Assembly (NCBI GenBank): GCA_905331295.1 | Contig: CAJNYD010000048.1 | Coordinates: forward strand, 1-64,000 | Direction of reading: 5' to 3' | Length of the DNA: 64,000 nt | From: Rotaria socialis | Lineage: Eukaryota | Part shown: positions 1 to 14,312 of the stretch, in pieces | Layout: the number at the start of each line of letters is the position of its first letter | How positions within the stretch are numbered: the first letter of the stretch is position 1 | Translations under genes and position numbers: made by a program | Notes under the pieces: model-generated | Seen by the model: the letters and a program-made list of their open reading frames with translations, nothing else | Told to the model about the DNA's origin: nothing | Databases searched by the model: none

Positions 1-1780
1 GCTGCGAAAGTTTGTGACCGTTTCTAAAACTTGAATTGTTCGTGCCTGACGTTTCCGAAATATGGATATTTAGCTAGAAAATTTCCTTTTTGGAAATCTG
101 CCCACTGGTGTTTTATTTAGGTTGTTTTCGGGAATTTGGAAAATTACTTTATATGGTGTATTCGCTTGGAATGTGTTAGAACGTTGAGATAGAAATTTCT
201 TTTTCAGTTGAGAAATTTACTTTTTCGGAAGTTTGAACACTGTTGGGTACGATTGACAGGCGCATATAGCTACAATTTACACAAATGGGTAAAAGTTGAA
301 GTTTTACAAGAAGGTTTATTTGCCTTATAAACCCTTGATGAATCTACTTTCTCTTTTGAATAAATGCTCTAGAGCTTTATTATATTTATAGTTGAAGAAC
401 GGTATCTTCAAATGTCATGTTGAGTTGATCAGGCTTTTCATTTCTTTTTAAGAGGAAAAAATATTTCCTACTTTTTTATTGCCTGTGTTTAATTAAAGCT
501 ATTCGCTGCATTGAACCGTGTCGATGATAGTTTCGTCACTTCCCACATTTACTTTCAACGTCTAAATTAAAAATTTCTCATATAATAAAGATTTATTTTT
601 TCAAATAGGAAGAGTACAAGACCAGAGTAATGCAAATATGGAACATCTGATTTAGTTAACAAAAACAAGTATTTAAAAAGTCATCAATACCATGATAGTA
701 GAGCGACTTTCAGTAGTTACTTACAAACAGTATCAGCTAAGAATTTCTTGATCATCAAAAAAAAACATTCAATCATACGAAATTTTTATCTGGCAGCGTC
801 ATTCACTGCAGTTCAAAACTATTTTCCATAAACACTTGACTTCATTCATTCATTCATTTCAACCGTTCAATATTTATTCATTTAAGATAGACTACGCTGT
901 ATATTATTCAATGTTCTCATAGATTACCTATATTGAATTAATTGTCTTTTTTTCGTTGAGCATTCAATTCCATTTTTTTTCTATTTTCAATAGAGCCTTC
1001 AACTGCTTGTATGTTTACTTTAGTCTTTCATCAATATGAAAGACAGTTACTTATGAAACAAGATCACATATACTTTCGAATTATTGCACGATAGAGATTG
1101 ATTTCTCGATGAAGATCTGGAACTTTCTTGCGAATGAAACTTCATGCTTTTTATAAGTATCTCTAGGTTATTTCATATCAGCAAAGCAGAAACCGAAGCA
1201 AAAATAAAAAGAGAAAGAAAAATGTTACAACCCACAGGAAAAAATATATAGGGAAATAAAAAAAAAGAAAGAGAGAGAGATAGCATCATCTTGAATAGGA
1301 AACGCACAACATAAACATTTGAGCTGATTATAAGATAAATTTAACTGGGTTGTTCAGAAGAAATAAAGATGGACGGTTCAATAAAAGAAAGAGTACACAG
1401 GAGAAGAATACTAACAATGTTGTTTCCATGATTATTACATCAATAAGAAGTTTTGATGTCTTAAATGTATCTGTCTGTTATTTAAACTTAATTAATGAAA
1501 GAGAATTTACTAAGAACCATAGATATGAATAGAAAGGAAAGATTTGGAAAGAAAATCCGAAGTTTTTATTGTCATAGGTGAAGAATGAAAAAGACGTCGA
1601 GAATTTTCATTTCAATCTAAAGGAACACCAGGTTTTGATTTTCTTTTCAATTTCATCGTTTTACAGTTAAGTATGTGATGGTATTATAAAAAAACATTTT
1701 TATTCGATTTTCCAAGAAAAAAATAGATCAAAGTTAAATTTTTCGACGCTTTTTTCGCATCCATCACTTGATTAAATATC

Positions 1781-4615
1781 TTAAGCCAAGTAGCGTAGTA
1801 CATCTTTTTCATTTGATTGACGCTCAAGATATTCTTTTTCTATTAAAATATCAATGCATTTCTAGAAAGAAAAAAAAACATTCTTTTTACTGTACTCGAC
1901 AAAGAATCAAAAATAGAACTCACTTTAATCACAGGTATTTTGGGTTTGAAGCGTGAACTTAATTGTTGAATAACTTCTTGCATAAGTAGAGCATGTTTTA
2001 ATGTTTGTCGTGCTTTCATTGTTCGAACAATGGCAGCTTGAATAACCATTTTTCTGTCTTCATCAATAGTTCTATGTAAACCTTCAATATCTTTTTGTTC
2101 GACTGATTTTAACGGAACATTTAAATTAATTTTTATTTTTTTACTAAAACAAAAATACAAAATCAAGAGATTTTCTAAAATGTTGTCTGTTAAGAACAGT
2201 TGAAAATTTAATTGGTCTATCGAATATAAATTTGTTGTTATAGATAGAATTTCAACATTTCTAGATATTCGTGAATAGCTAGCTATTTAGTTAATCGTAG
2301 TCAACAATAACCTACATACAAAATAAACAATAGCTGGTATGGAACATTTTCTATGATTACACAAGATAGTTAAAGCAAAAGACCTATTTTCAGATAAAAT
2401 ACAGCTAGTTATTCACATGTAGCCATGCTTACTGCATCTATATTGGCAGGTATCAAAATATGAAGGATGATTCTGGTTTTTACGAATAGAAATTTCAGAA
2501 ATTACACATGAAGAAGTAGAACATGAGCCAAGCTCCAAAGTGCTATCTCATATGTACCACTTATCAGAGGTTTTGCTTAAAATTTGGAAACCACAACAGT
2601 TTATTTGATGTTTGCTGCAGTTTTCCGAAGTCAATCTCTCACCAATTAGTACATTACTTTTTATCTCTTCAGATCTTGCTTTTGATTTTTACTGTTTACT
2701 CCATTAATTTAAGTCAAGATAGAGAAAATAGACAAGAAAGAGAACGAAGAAAAGAAAAGAAAAACTGATTTCGAAAACCAAAATGCAAATAAAGTTATAG
2801 AAACGATCTGGAAACTGTGTCTATGAGTCAAATTTAGCAAAGTATTTTCTAATTCATCATAATTTAAATTTCGTTTTCAAATTGGTGACGATAACAAAAA
2901 AATTTCATTTATCTCAATGCACTCTCATATCACTTGTATGAATCATATAGTAATTAATGTATCTTGTTCAACTGATGCTGCAATATTAAAGGGAAATAAA
3001 ATATTTCGTTGATTATGATATTTATGTTACATCATCAAATAAATATTTATTTATCCTAGTTTTACATTCTAAAACATTTAGTAGAATCTATTAAATTCTA
3101 ATTTTTTATTATCATTTCTTTATTAATTTGAGTTTTAATAATCGATCTCCATCACTATGAAACAGACAATGATCAGCCATAAACTATGAAGTTTCTTTTA
3201 TATTAACCTATTTATTTTTTTAACGAAGAACGATTGTTGATAATAGCACATGAAGTGGACAACTTATATAAGAAACTTCTTTATTAATTTCATTAAAAAT
3301 TTAAAAAGAAACATTTATTTTCCTTCCATATCATTCGAATTAAAAACTCATTCCATTCCCATCCCAGCTGCTCGAGACCCGTACTTCGAAAAAACGTTAG
3401 CAAAAATCTCTTTCTTTTCTTCTCGTATAGAAAGAAAAAAAATCACTGTCCCGAGCATTAAAGCGTAAACATATATTCAGAACCTTTGTCGTTTTTCTCT
3501 CTTCAATCAGGAAAAATAGACAGAATTAATTTTGGGAGCAAAAACTTTTTTTTTGAATCTACATACTCAATCAAATTATCTCATATTACTCACTAACTAA
3601 ATTTTATTTCTATGAATCCCTTTCTCACAACATTTATAGAACAATCAGCAATTCTAATCTCAACTAGATTCTAAATTCTACTGCCACATATCTATCCGTT
3701 TTATTGTCACCGTTTGACGGTCAACATCTGATCTCATGGCAAGTCAAAAATGTTCTATCATTTTATCCATTCTTTTTTCTATTCTAAAAAATTATTTTTT
3801 CAATAAATTTTCTTATCGTCAAACACTTGCCAATTCGTTCCCATTTCTATCCAAACGATGAAAGTATACTAACCTCTTGAAATCTTCAGCTACCAGAATA
3901 TTATGATGCATTTTGATATCTGTCTCTTTCAGTTCTTCGTCGATTTCATCATCATTGATTTCCGGGCAAATGATCAATTTACTTTTCAATAAACCGCAAA
4001 GAACTTGCAAGAATAAATCAATTTTAATTTGAGTTTCATCTTGCATTCGTTCAACTGTCCAACTAGCAGATTTATTGAATAATAGTAAAACTACCATCTG
4101 ATATGTTGATACCTAATAGATGTTAAGGAAAGATTAAGAAAATTATTTCGATAGAATAAATTAATAATCACATGTAAAATATATTTCGGTTTCGTATACA
4201 AGGTTTGTATATCGCCTTTTGAATGTTGATGAAGCCATGTCAATTTACGACCATTATGTTGTTGAGTATAAAAATTAGTGAAACAGTCAAATGTTCGTTT
4301 AAGCTAATAAATAAAGTTTCATAGATATCGTCAAAGTCGAATGAAGAAAATAAATATTACTTCAGGTGAGAGAACAAAATTAGGTGGCGCCGAAAATGGC
4401 CACGAATTTGAACTGAGAACCATGACAGAAAAATCAACTTCAAGCAAGAAAAATCATATTAGATTTCAATTAAAAACTTCGAAAAAATATATACCAATAT
4501 CATCAAGCTTATTTTTTTCACAATATGTTCGATATTGATCAATGAGGTCTTTACTAACGCCAATATCTTGAAACATTCGTTGTAACTTCGATGTATATTC
4601 GAAACCGCATGCTTG
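1781..4615 (-). CDS. CUL1: Cullin-1, C-terminal part only (6 visible exons; 5' part missing)
   Basis: Approximate exons 4495-4615, 4361-4437, 4152-4303, 3874-4112, 1924-2143 and 1781-1861. They translate to [49 protein letters not shown], the neddylation motif [13 protein letters not shown] and the terminus [20 protein letters not shown], typical of CUL1. Confidence 0.9.
2270..2418. repeat. Short imperfect inverted repeat in the long cullin intron (possible MITE relic)
   Basis: cgtgaatagctagctat (~2270-2286) versus the reverse complement of acagctagttattcacat (~2401-2418). Confidence 0.3.
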
Positions 4616-5705
4616 CTAATATAAATATTAAACATGACGTTTTTTCTTTTCCCATTAAAAATATATTCTATTTACTGTTAGGATCGCCATCTATTATAGA
4701 TGGACGATCCTCCATCTTTTTCTAAGATCGATATAAAATATCGATATAAGTTAGCAAAACTCTCGATCACTATTTTGTACACTACCGACAGCACACTGTT
4801 CTTAATAGAAATTCAAGATTTGAGCATTTGTCCATGTGACAAGGCATACAATAAACCTATGTTAATAACATTTTATGACATTCACTCTCTAATTCAAAAC
4901 GATGTTCTTAAAATTTTCTCAAATATCAAGGCTTTCTCAGATATTCTTCTTAGTTCTTAAGTGAGGCTTCAGCGTTTTTTTAAACTTAATTGATTTCTTG
5001 TTTATTGTATTACGTAATACAAGGCTGAACATAGCATTGTTCGAAGAATTTTCACGTACCAAATATAAGCTCATCGTAAGATCTGTGATTTTTTTCTAAA
5101 AGATGAGCCTCTCTAAGTCTAAAATTTTCTTTTAATGTACACATGAATAAATAAAACAGAGATGATTAAAAAAAGAAAAATGTGAATATCTTCATCATAT
5201 TTTCACCAAACAGATCAATATTTTTGTTTTTGATAAAGGAACATTCATAGTTCATGTTGATAAGAGAAATGTTGTCAAAAAACTGTTTTAATGTACTTAA
5301 AATTGACTTTATCAGAGAATTATAAGTTTTCAGAAGTTATGAGAAATGAATATTGCATTGTCATCAACGAATCCTGGCTTTTATGACTGAAACTTACAGA
5401 TTACACTGAGTGACAAGTCATACATTTTTAGTATAAATACGAGATCAAACTGCAATAATGTAGAGAATCATTTTGAAGAGATTATACATCGTTTAGCATC
5501 GAATAAGAAAGTAGATCTATTGTTTCTCATTTTTACAGCTTGTGAAAGACTATGGTTCTCTGCTAATGTCAAATTCATAGTCTGTAAAGTAGTTTTTGAT
5601 GAAGTCTTTCTCATAAATGCGAGGTATGAATAATTATTTATCAGTAATAAAATTATTATCGCATTTCATCAAAAAATGGCGTAGACGTCAACACAAGGGG
5701 GAAAA

Positions 5706-5784
5706 AGCGGCTCCTGGCTCCTTGGATTCTCGCGGCTCCTCATGGATTCTGGCGGATTCTATGGATCCTAGTAGATTCTGGCGG
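5706..5784. repeat. GC-rich 9-bp-unit minisatellite abutting the assembly gap
   Basis: Degenerate units ggattct-nn / ggctcct-nn repeat up to the N run. Confidence 0.7.
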
Positions 5785-5884
5785 NNNNNNNNNNNNNNNN
5801 NNNNNNNNNNNNNNNNNNNNNNNNNNNNNNNNNNNNNNNNNNNNNNNNNNNNNNNNNNNNNNNNNNNNNNNNNNNNNNNNNNNN
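5785..5884. other. Assembly gap (100 N, true size unknown)
   Basis: Run of 100 N. Confidence 1.
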
Positions 5885-6477
5885 TTATTATTCAATGAAA
5901 TTTAAAACTGAGACAATAATTGTAATCAGAAAGCTTAGCTTTATGAAAATATAACTATCTATATTAAAACCAGAAGAAAACAGTTTTTTCGACCCTTGAG
6001 GGGGGCTCCAGGTGTTAAAAATTGATTTTTCATGAAATACGAAATAAAATTGGAAAATAATCAGAAATTCAATGATGATTTTCAAGCTAATAAAATTATG
6101 TGCAGGTTTTTTTTACCAAGGAGTATGGCATTTCGTACAATGTTTTTTTTGATACCTGAGACAAAGCAGAGGCGGTACAAATTNGTACAAATGAAATGGT
6201 GATAAAATGAAAAATAAACTTCTGAAAAATAATCAGAGCTCAGTGTTAGTTCTTACACTAATAAAAGAAGGATCAAACTTTTTGGTATATCATATTGCAA
6301 TTTGATATACGGTTACTTTCGAAGGATGGTTTTCTTTTTCTGTTGACCTTTTTATTTTGAAATAAATCTCATTCAGATTCTGCGAATAATTCAAGAAAAA
6401 ATTCACCTCTACTATTGAAAATGAAAGTAGTTTTCCCGATTAATTTCCATACGACTGAAGTAAATCTCGCTATAGAA

Positions 6478-6540
6478 AAGGTGCTGCGGATGCTGAAGGT
6501 GCTGAGCAGGTGCTGAAAAGGTGCTGAGGTGCTGGGGGTT
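6478..6540. repeat. Tandem ggtgctga repeat, probably a DNA-transposon terminal relic
   Basis: About six copies of (a)ggtgctg(a) in otherwise AT-rich sequence. Confidence 0.55.
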
Positions 6541-8432
6541 CCAAACCTGCACTTTCCCCCTTGAGTTTACCACTCTACTTCAAGATAATATAAACAGATC
6601 AATTCATCTTGAATTTCATACTTTCCGATGGAGGGATGAACAACATCCCGTAAAATCGTGAAATAGTGCAATAACCAGCAGAAATACTTTACCCCTAACA
6701 AAGCCAAGGAGAAATCGATAAATTATCTACAGAAACGATTTTTTTTTCGCTATAAAGGAATATTTCAAGGAGAAATGGATATTTTGCAGCAGAGATGGTT
6801 TATTTTTAACGTGAAATGAATAAGCCATATCACCGTATATCAGGAACAGTCTGTACTGTATGTCGTGTTGCATGGTTAAAAGTTGTTCTGATAGTGATAT
6901 GCGAAATCTAACAATTAATCTAATGCTGAGATTGTGGTTTTGTAAGGGAAACTGTAGGCGTTCTTGAGAAAAATCGTGGGTAAGTGCGGAATAGTTGCGA
7001 ACGGTACGGGTGTCTTGAAGCGGAAAATATCCAGTTGGTAATTGTCATGATTGTAGTATTAGCTATCAGTGGAGTGATTCAATTTTATGGAATAAGAAAA
7101 TTCCTTCATTTGCAGACTTTTTTATGCATATATTATGGTAATGAGTGCTATTAAAAAAGCTTCCGTTTGGTTCAAGTTAAGGATGGCGTGTACTTTTATT
7201 TCTCACATGTTACGCTATTTTATCCAGGACTTGGGAAGAAATATTATTCAGTCCAAATTTTGTTTTCTTCGACAGAATGTAAATAGTGACATAGATAGTA
7301 ATATGGCAAAGGAAAAACAAGTTAAAACGGGCGCAAAGAATTTGCATTTATTTATAGAAATGATAGAAAACAATATTGAAAGGCGTGTTTTCTTTATTTC
7401 TAGTCATACGTACTGAATATCTCGATATATGTTTAGAACGGAAACATGTATATGTACGTGTATATCTTTGATCGTCTTTCATAAACAGAATGAAAAGAAA
7501 ATAATTTTTGCCTGGACGACATTTTTCTGCTTGAAATTTCTTAGATTTCCTAAGAGTTCTTGAGTTCTACATCGTAGAAAAACTATATATTAGGATTTAT
7601 AATTCAGCAGCAAACAAAAACTATCGTTACTATTATAATCATTTCAATCAACTTGAAATCGAAATAGCATTTAATTGTTTCAGAAATATTTAACTAAATT
7701 AACTATAATCACATCAGTAAATTGTTAATCATCATTAGAAGAAGAAGAATCTTGAACATATTTTCAAACTAACTGATGAATGTTTAAAAATAATATTCCA
7801 AAACCAAACGTAGGTTCATCGTATTTTTTTATATCTTGCTAAATTAAACTTTGTTTTCAAAGATGATTTTCTGTGTTTCTGTATAAAAATAAAGATATAA
7901 TTCAATCATTATAAGAGAGATATTAATTGAAACAAAATATAAACGAGAATAAGAATTCGTTTAGTGAAAATGTTTTTTAAATTTTATCATACTACAAGCG
8001 AGAGAACAAAAAGAATTTATGGAAGTAAAATATTCTATTTACTAATAGTAAAACAATTTTTAAGTGTAAAATTAATTTCATATCTATTTTACTTCAAGAT
8101 CAAAAAAAAAGAAATATTTCATATTTCTTATCAATATTCTTGTATACCAACAGCTTCAAAAAATAAAAATTTATCGAACTATAACTTATCTGTAGGCGTT
8201 TTTCTAGTTAGAAAATTTCAGAAGTATTTAAAAGTTATTTAAATGAAAGAAATTCTGCGTTGCATTTATTCAGGTATTTTTATTTTTTTCTCCATTGTGT
8301 TCCTAAAACAATTATGAAGCTCATTCTATTAAAAAAATAAAACGCTCTATGTGGTCAGTTTCTAAGTGATCTGTAATATGCGAGTTTCCCATTTTAGCCC
8401 GAGCGGGGATGTACTGAAAAGTTTTTTCTATA

Positions 8433-8738
8433 ATGGGCCCATAAGAAATTAAAGTTACCCTGGTCTAACTTTTCTTTACAAACATAAACCCTCATTATCC
8501 TTTAGATTCCTTTAATCCCTTTAGCCCTATTACTCCCGTTAGTCCCTTTAGTCCTTTTCCTCCATTTCCTCCCTTTAGTCCTTCTACTACCTTTAGTTCC
8601 TTTAGTCCCTTTTGATCGCTTCATATCTAAAAAGGGATTCAAGAGGTTAAAAGAACTAAAGGGATCAAACTGATAAATATCGCATATATTTATAAATGAA
8701 AGTTAGACCAGGATAACTTCAATTTCTTGTGGACCTAT
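8433..8738. mobile_element. MITE-like element with ~55-bp TIRs and an internal 9-bp minisatellite
   Basis: Left atgggcccataagaaattaaagttaccctggtctaactttt matches the reverse complement of right aaagttagaccaggataacttcaatttcttgtggacctat. Internal cctttagtc units span ~8500-8610. Confidence 0.8.
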
Positions 8739-10266
8739 GACATTTATCTATATAAATATTTGCATATAGATTCTTTCTTTTCCATTTCTCCTTGTTGAAA
8801 GCATTTCCGTCTATAAATTATAGACTTCTACTTGAAACTATTTACCTGGAAAAATAATGAAACATAAAGATATATGTATATATATATACATACATATTCT
8901 TTCTTTTCCGTTTCTCCTTAGAACGTATGACTTTATGTGGAGTGGTTCATTTCTACTGAAAATGTGACCATTTCCCGATCAATTGGTCCCATCGTCCACT
9001 GCTGAGCTTCAGAGATTAAGACTCTAGGGAAGGCACGATGAGACGTTCAAAATGTAACAGGAGGATACCAAACGAACAACCTTACTTCATTGGCTTTACA
9101 TAAGACACAAATAGAAAATATTTCAATGAATTAGCCAGACTTGCCAACTATTAAAAACACTGTACCATAACCAGACTATTGACTTGAATAATCTGAACCG
9201 AGCCAAAGTTAAAATATGACATCCATATCGATATCAATACTTCAGTTTAACAATCATGCAATAGAAAAAAATGATCGTAGTTTTCGCGTTGAAATTATTT
9301 GCCAAATTGTTTAGTTGGACAATCTAAATGAAAGAAACATATGTGGATGCTAGCTATAAGTAAATATTTCCAATTAATAATCTACAACAATGAAAAAACG
9401 TATATACTGCTCAATGTAAAATGACTTGAAATACCACTCGGTTGCAAAGTGATTTGTGCGAAGAAAAGAATTTTCGAAGTTAAATTTATCTTGAAGTGAA
9501 AGTTTATAGATAACACGCTACAACAAAGAAAAAACGTTTTTATGTAAAACGCTGAGTTACCTGAAATATTCTTCAGTTCTTCAAGTTGAACGAAACAAAG
9601 CGTTTCAGATTTACATTTAGATTGACAAGATTAGTTCTATCTAATAATTTACAATAGAGGAAAGAAGAATATACAGTAATCCCAAATATAGATTTATCTG
9701 AGATATTGTTAAGGTGAACGACTTGGGTGAAAGAAGCTTTTTGAAAGTTGAATGAAACCTGAAGCGAGTATTTTGATCTAATAATATAAAACAAAGATAT
9801 AGTTATAGTGTTAAGTGTAGAATTACCTGAAATAATCTTGAATGAAATGACTTGAAAGAAATTTAACCCTTTCAATATACAATATAACTGCAAATATAAA
9901 TCCATAGTAATCTATGGCAGAAGAAGAAATAAATATAATTGTTGCAAGTAAAATTGTCTTATTTGTTCACCTCAAAGATTTGAAGAGCAATGTGAGTATT
10001 GAATGTAATTTGAGATAAATGTTTAAATTGGCTAATCTAAAACAGAAAAATAAAAATTGTCATTCAAAAGATGGAATTACCTGACAAATAGTTCCGTTGG
10101 ACAACGTGCAAAAAAAACCAATGACATTGGCTCTAAATATACATTCATATAAACATTGAAATTGAAAAGTCTATAATGGATAGCTGAGATTGATAGTTTT
10201 AAGGATAAGCGTACATCATGGAGGATTATGATGGCGAACTTAAAAGAAAATTACTTCAGTTTTTCA

Positions 10267-10478
10267 GTTGGAGGAACCTATTAGAGGTATATTACGAAAC
10301 GTGTAAGGGTTTCATACGAAACTTGACTCAACTTTGACTTTCACAAAAGTATGGTACAAAACCTCTGTCACTTCAGAACCTTATAAAACGATCGCACCGA
10401 ACTTTTACTTGTACTAAACCTACAAAAGGTTTCGCAGGTTCATACCATAACTCTAAGGGATTAATAAGGTACCACCAA
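10267..10478. mobile_element. Decayed MITE-like element rich in gaaacc/ggtttc motifs
   Basis: ttggaggaacctatta versus taataaggtaccaccaa form imperfect inverted ends. Internal motifs (tacgaaac, aaaacgat, agaacc) resemble those of the 58102-58570 element. Confidence 0.4.
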
Positions 10479-10952
10479 ACCTTAAAGGTGAGGATTAGAC
10501 AAATATTGGATCGGTGGCATCAATGCTCGTTTCAAGCGGAAAATGACGTTCAGATCAAAAAGACTTAAAAATTAAACTTATGACACACACACTCAACAAA
10601 AAAACAGTAGCGAAAATATTCCGTCCTCAATAACGTCAAACCACTGTAAAAATGAATTTGCATCGGAAAAATGAAAAATCATTTTTCCCTTCGAAGAAAA
10701 ATGCTATTGTGAATTATCTTTAGTAAGAATCTTGAGGGTGTGGGTGAATAATGGACCTGGGGTATGAGTAGCTTGTCAAAATCTCACCCTTATATTGACA
10801 TCCATATTTGTAATCATTGCTTTCACAAATAAAGTAATGGTTACATTTTCATGATGTGTTCTATGGTAGTAAAGTTTAAGAAAACTCAATGAAAAGTTCT
10901 TCAAAAATTAATTTATCTTTAGAGAATATTTATCTTTTACGATAAAATATAC

Positions 10953-11327
10953 ATATCTGGTATTCTTGTTGAAGGCAGTATATCTAATGGCAACCTTTTT
11001 TCCTTTGGTAGAGAGAATAGCTTGCGATATATCAACAGCAGCTGTAGAAACATCTTGAATTTTGAGAGTGAGATTTTCATTACCACCTCCAACTGCAAAT
11101 TGGAGGAATTTTGGTCGATTTCCCTCAACATGAACCGAAGCATACTTGGCAAAAAACATAGTGACCATCCCAGTGAAAAATAATCATAGAAAAAAACGGA
11201 TAGGAACGCATTCATCAGAATAGCGAAAGCTATATTTTTCATGAAGAAAGCGTTCTATAAGTTGACGAATGTGTTCATTACTGAAAAGAACTCGTTCAAC
11301 ATCCAAGTGAACGCATTCTTCAACTTT
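10953..11327 (-). pseudogene. Isolated exon-like 125-codon frame with one internal TGA; family unknown
   Basis: Flanked by AG and GT. Reads KVEECVHLDVERVLFSNEHIRQLIERFLHEKYSFRYSDECVPIRFFL*LFFTGMVTMFFAKYASVHVEGNRPKFLQFAVGGG...NKNTRY, with the stop at 11184-11186. Confidence 0.4.
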
Positions 11328-14312
11328 CTATACTGTTATGGAATGTTTTCTTCCTAGTTCAAAAATCTTTCTTCATCAGAATAGAAAGTCTTCTAACCTG
11401 TTCCAGTCACTATGAGAATATTTTTTTCCTTCTATTTGGTAAAGGTCAGAATTAAGTTCCATTTTGAGGAGATCGTGTTCTCTTACGTTTTGTAACGGAA
11501 TGCCTTAGAATGAACTTTTGGAAGTAATGAACGCTTTCCAAATCATAAAACATCATTCTTGGAATGAAAAGAAAACGTTTTCTAACATTCTACATTTTTC
11601 AAATGTATATACGTGTATCTATATATATATATATATATATTCATTTGATAAATATAAATACCAAAATTTATGCATAAAAACATATCTGTTTCGATATAAA
11701 TACATTTGTAATTAATTATATTATATGTACAAGATTAATTTTAATTTCGAGAAATAATAGAGCGGGCTAAGAATTTAAGAAACAAGTACATTTTGGCTGG
11801 GCCTCATACATGGATAATATAATCGTTCATTTATGCCACATTTTTTTAGGTGCTAATAGTAGATGACTAGCATGTTGTTAGTTTCTGGGTCGAATAGCTA
11901 GTTTTAAAAACACATGGATGTGTCTTGTACAGTTGATATGGAAAAAGGAATTTTATAATTTCTGTTTCGAATAATTTTCGAAAAAGCCGTCCTATAAATA
12001 TTTGTCTAACCGATCTAATGTTTTATTTGAATATTATATTAAAATTTTAAATATATATATTCATATTTAAAAAAGAATACATATTAATCCGTACAGCAGA
12101 TTTTTTCATATTAATATGTAAGCATAAATTGTTTTAAAATATTTAGATAAACATTTTTTTATGTAATAATTGATTACTTTAATTTTAAAAACAATAGCCT
12201 AAAACTAAAATTTTAATCTTTTTTTTCTGTGAAATATGAAGGGAAATGAACGTTTAAAATGAAAATTTACATGTTTTGATTCTAATATTTTGTTGAACTC
12301 CAGTAGTATTTTCACTACACTAACTATCAGACAAGATAGTTTAATAGCGTAAAAGCGTAGATAGGTCAGTACGAGCCAGCCCGAAACAGCGACAAGTAAA
12401 AGCTACGTAAATCAAATAGAATAATAAAATGTATAACAAATTCAAAACAGAGAAAAAAATGAATTCCAGGTAGCTAGGTAATTCTACAGAAAATACTTTT
12501 TATAGAATTGGTCGAGAAAAATTCTGTTAGATGATAGAATTCGTTATCCAACATTTCCAAATGAGAACGGTATAGAACAGATTCCGAAAAGATGAAAAAT
12601 TGTTTCTAAGAAAAAAAAACGTTTTGGGGTGTGGGAGGGGGGGGGCAATATCAATAGTCGATTATAGCATACAGGTTAAAATCGTTATTTTGGAATTTGT
12701 TTAAACGAGAGAAAAAATGAAGAAAACGGCCATAGCTAACAGTTTTCAAAAAGTAACTGCCTTGTTTGTACGCTTTTTCTAGAATCTGAATGCTTTTTTT
12801 CTACATAATCTTGAAATATCTGGCATGTGTATAGAATTCGAATTAAAAGATTTCTCAAGAGGCTGAGTGTAGTACGTCAAATAGTAGTGTGGTGTGTATA
12901 GCAGGCGTATGTGTTTAAACAAAACAATAAGCTATATCCAGAGTCTGAACAAAATTGACGGCAATCGGACATTTTGTGGTCTCTATCAAAATTAGCAAAG
13001 TCTTTCAGATATTAATCAGAATGTGTATGCGTTTGTTAGTGTTCTGTTTAGTAGTATTGTGTGAATGTTGATATACATACTATTGTAATACAACATGTAC
13101 CCGAAACAGTTGTTTGAAAAATACAACTAAATGATCCATATGTATATTTTCTTGTTCGAAAAATTTCGTGTCATTTCTCATCTATATATGTATTTTTTCT
13201 TTTTGATATTTCTTTAGGACATTCTTTTTCTTTTCACACGTTGTTTTACTCTATTTCTTATCGTCGAACGTTACGCTATTCAAAATTTTTCTGCCTTTCC
13301 CGTCCGTATCATCAATAATTGTCATTTATTTCCATCAGAGTTGAAATTCATCTTTTTAATTCTGTCTGAGAAAACTTTTTCCCTTTTCAAAAAAAGAGAC
13401 ATGACCGGATTTCAAAGTTCAAATCATGATAACACAACACCAGAGGAATACAAAGCAAGTAACTCAGTGAATACCGTTTGCTCTGGGAACTACTGTATAC
13501 CGTAGGTATGAAGAGCAACTGGTCACTTCTTCACTTATTACCAGACAACTTCAGTAATTATTTGAACATTCATAACCGCAAACTCAAACACAACCAGCCC
13601 ACCAACAAATACCTAGTTAAACTCCCTAACTTCATTATAGTATCCTGTTTTCATAAAAGAATACGATATAGTAATGTAATTAAAACGAAACTGTCTTCTC
13701 TCGATACAGTACATTTATGTACACAAAAAAGTTAAATATTTATCTGACAAACAAAATTAATAACTAATTTCAAATGTTTTGATATATATTATTCATATTT
13801 ATCGCCGCAAGAAAAGCAATGAGACGGACGACACAAACATGATTTGTCGATTAGTAAATTCAATATGTGATAAATGACAAACAATCTCGAGTAACAGTCA
13901 CAATCAAGAGAGTTTACCTTTCCATTTCATATTATGAATCTCATGGAGTTGAAGAACAGAATACCGGTAGATTTTCTTCCTGTACGACCACTGTTTTCGT
14001 ATTGTTCCAATAGTTCGTCTTGTTTTTTATTGACCAACGATTGGTATCGATATCTATTTTTTACTTTCATCTGCTTTGAAAAACAACAACGCGATCCCTC
14101 TGAGTAAATGCAAAGAATGATCACTAAAAACCATAGGATTGTAATTTTGGAACAAGTTGATTTATGCTTTAACAAAGTATGTATTGGATTTTCTAAATTA
14201 TTCTTTATTAAAATTAGAAAAGAAATATATATCTACAATTTTGAGCACACGAAAACAAGCAAATCAAATGTGAATTCAAGCAATAAAGAACTGCATTAAG
14301 GCACAAAAAAAG

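Noticed and set aside
5706..8740. Short repeats as a CRISPR-like array
   Set aside because: They are tandem 8-9-bp units with no unique spacers, in a eukaryotic context.
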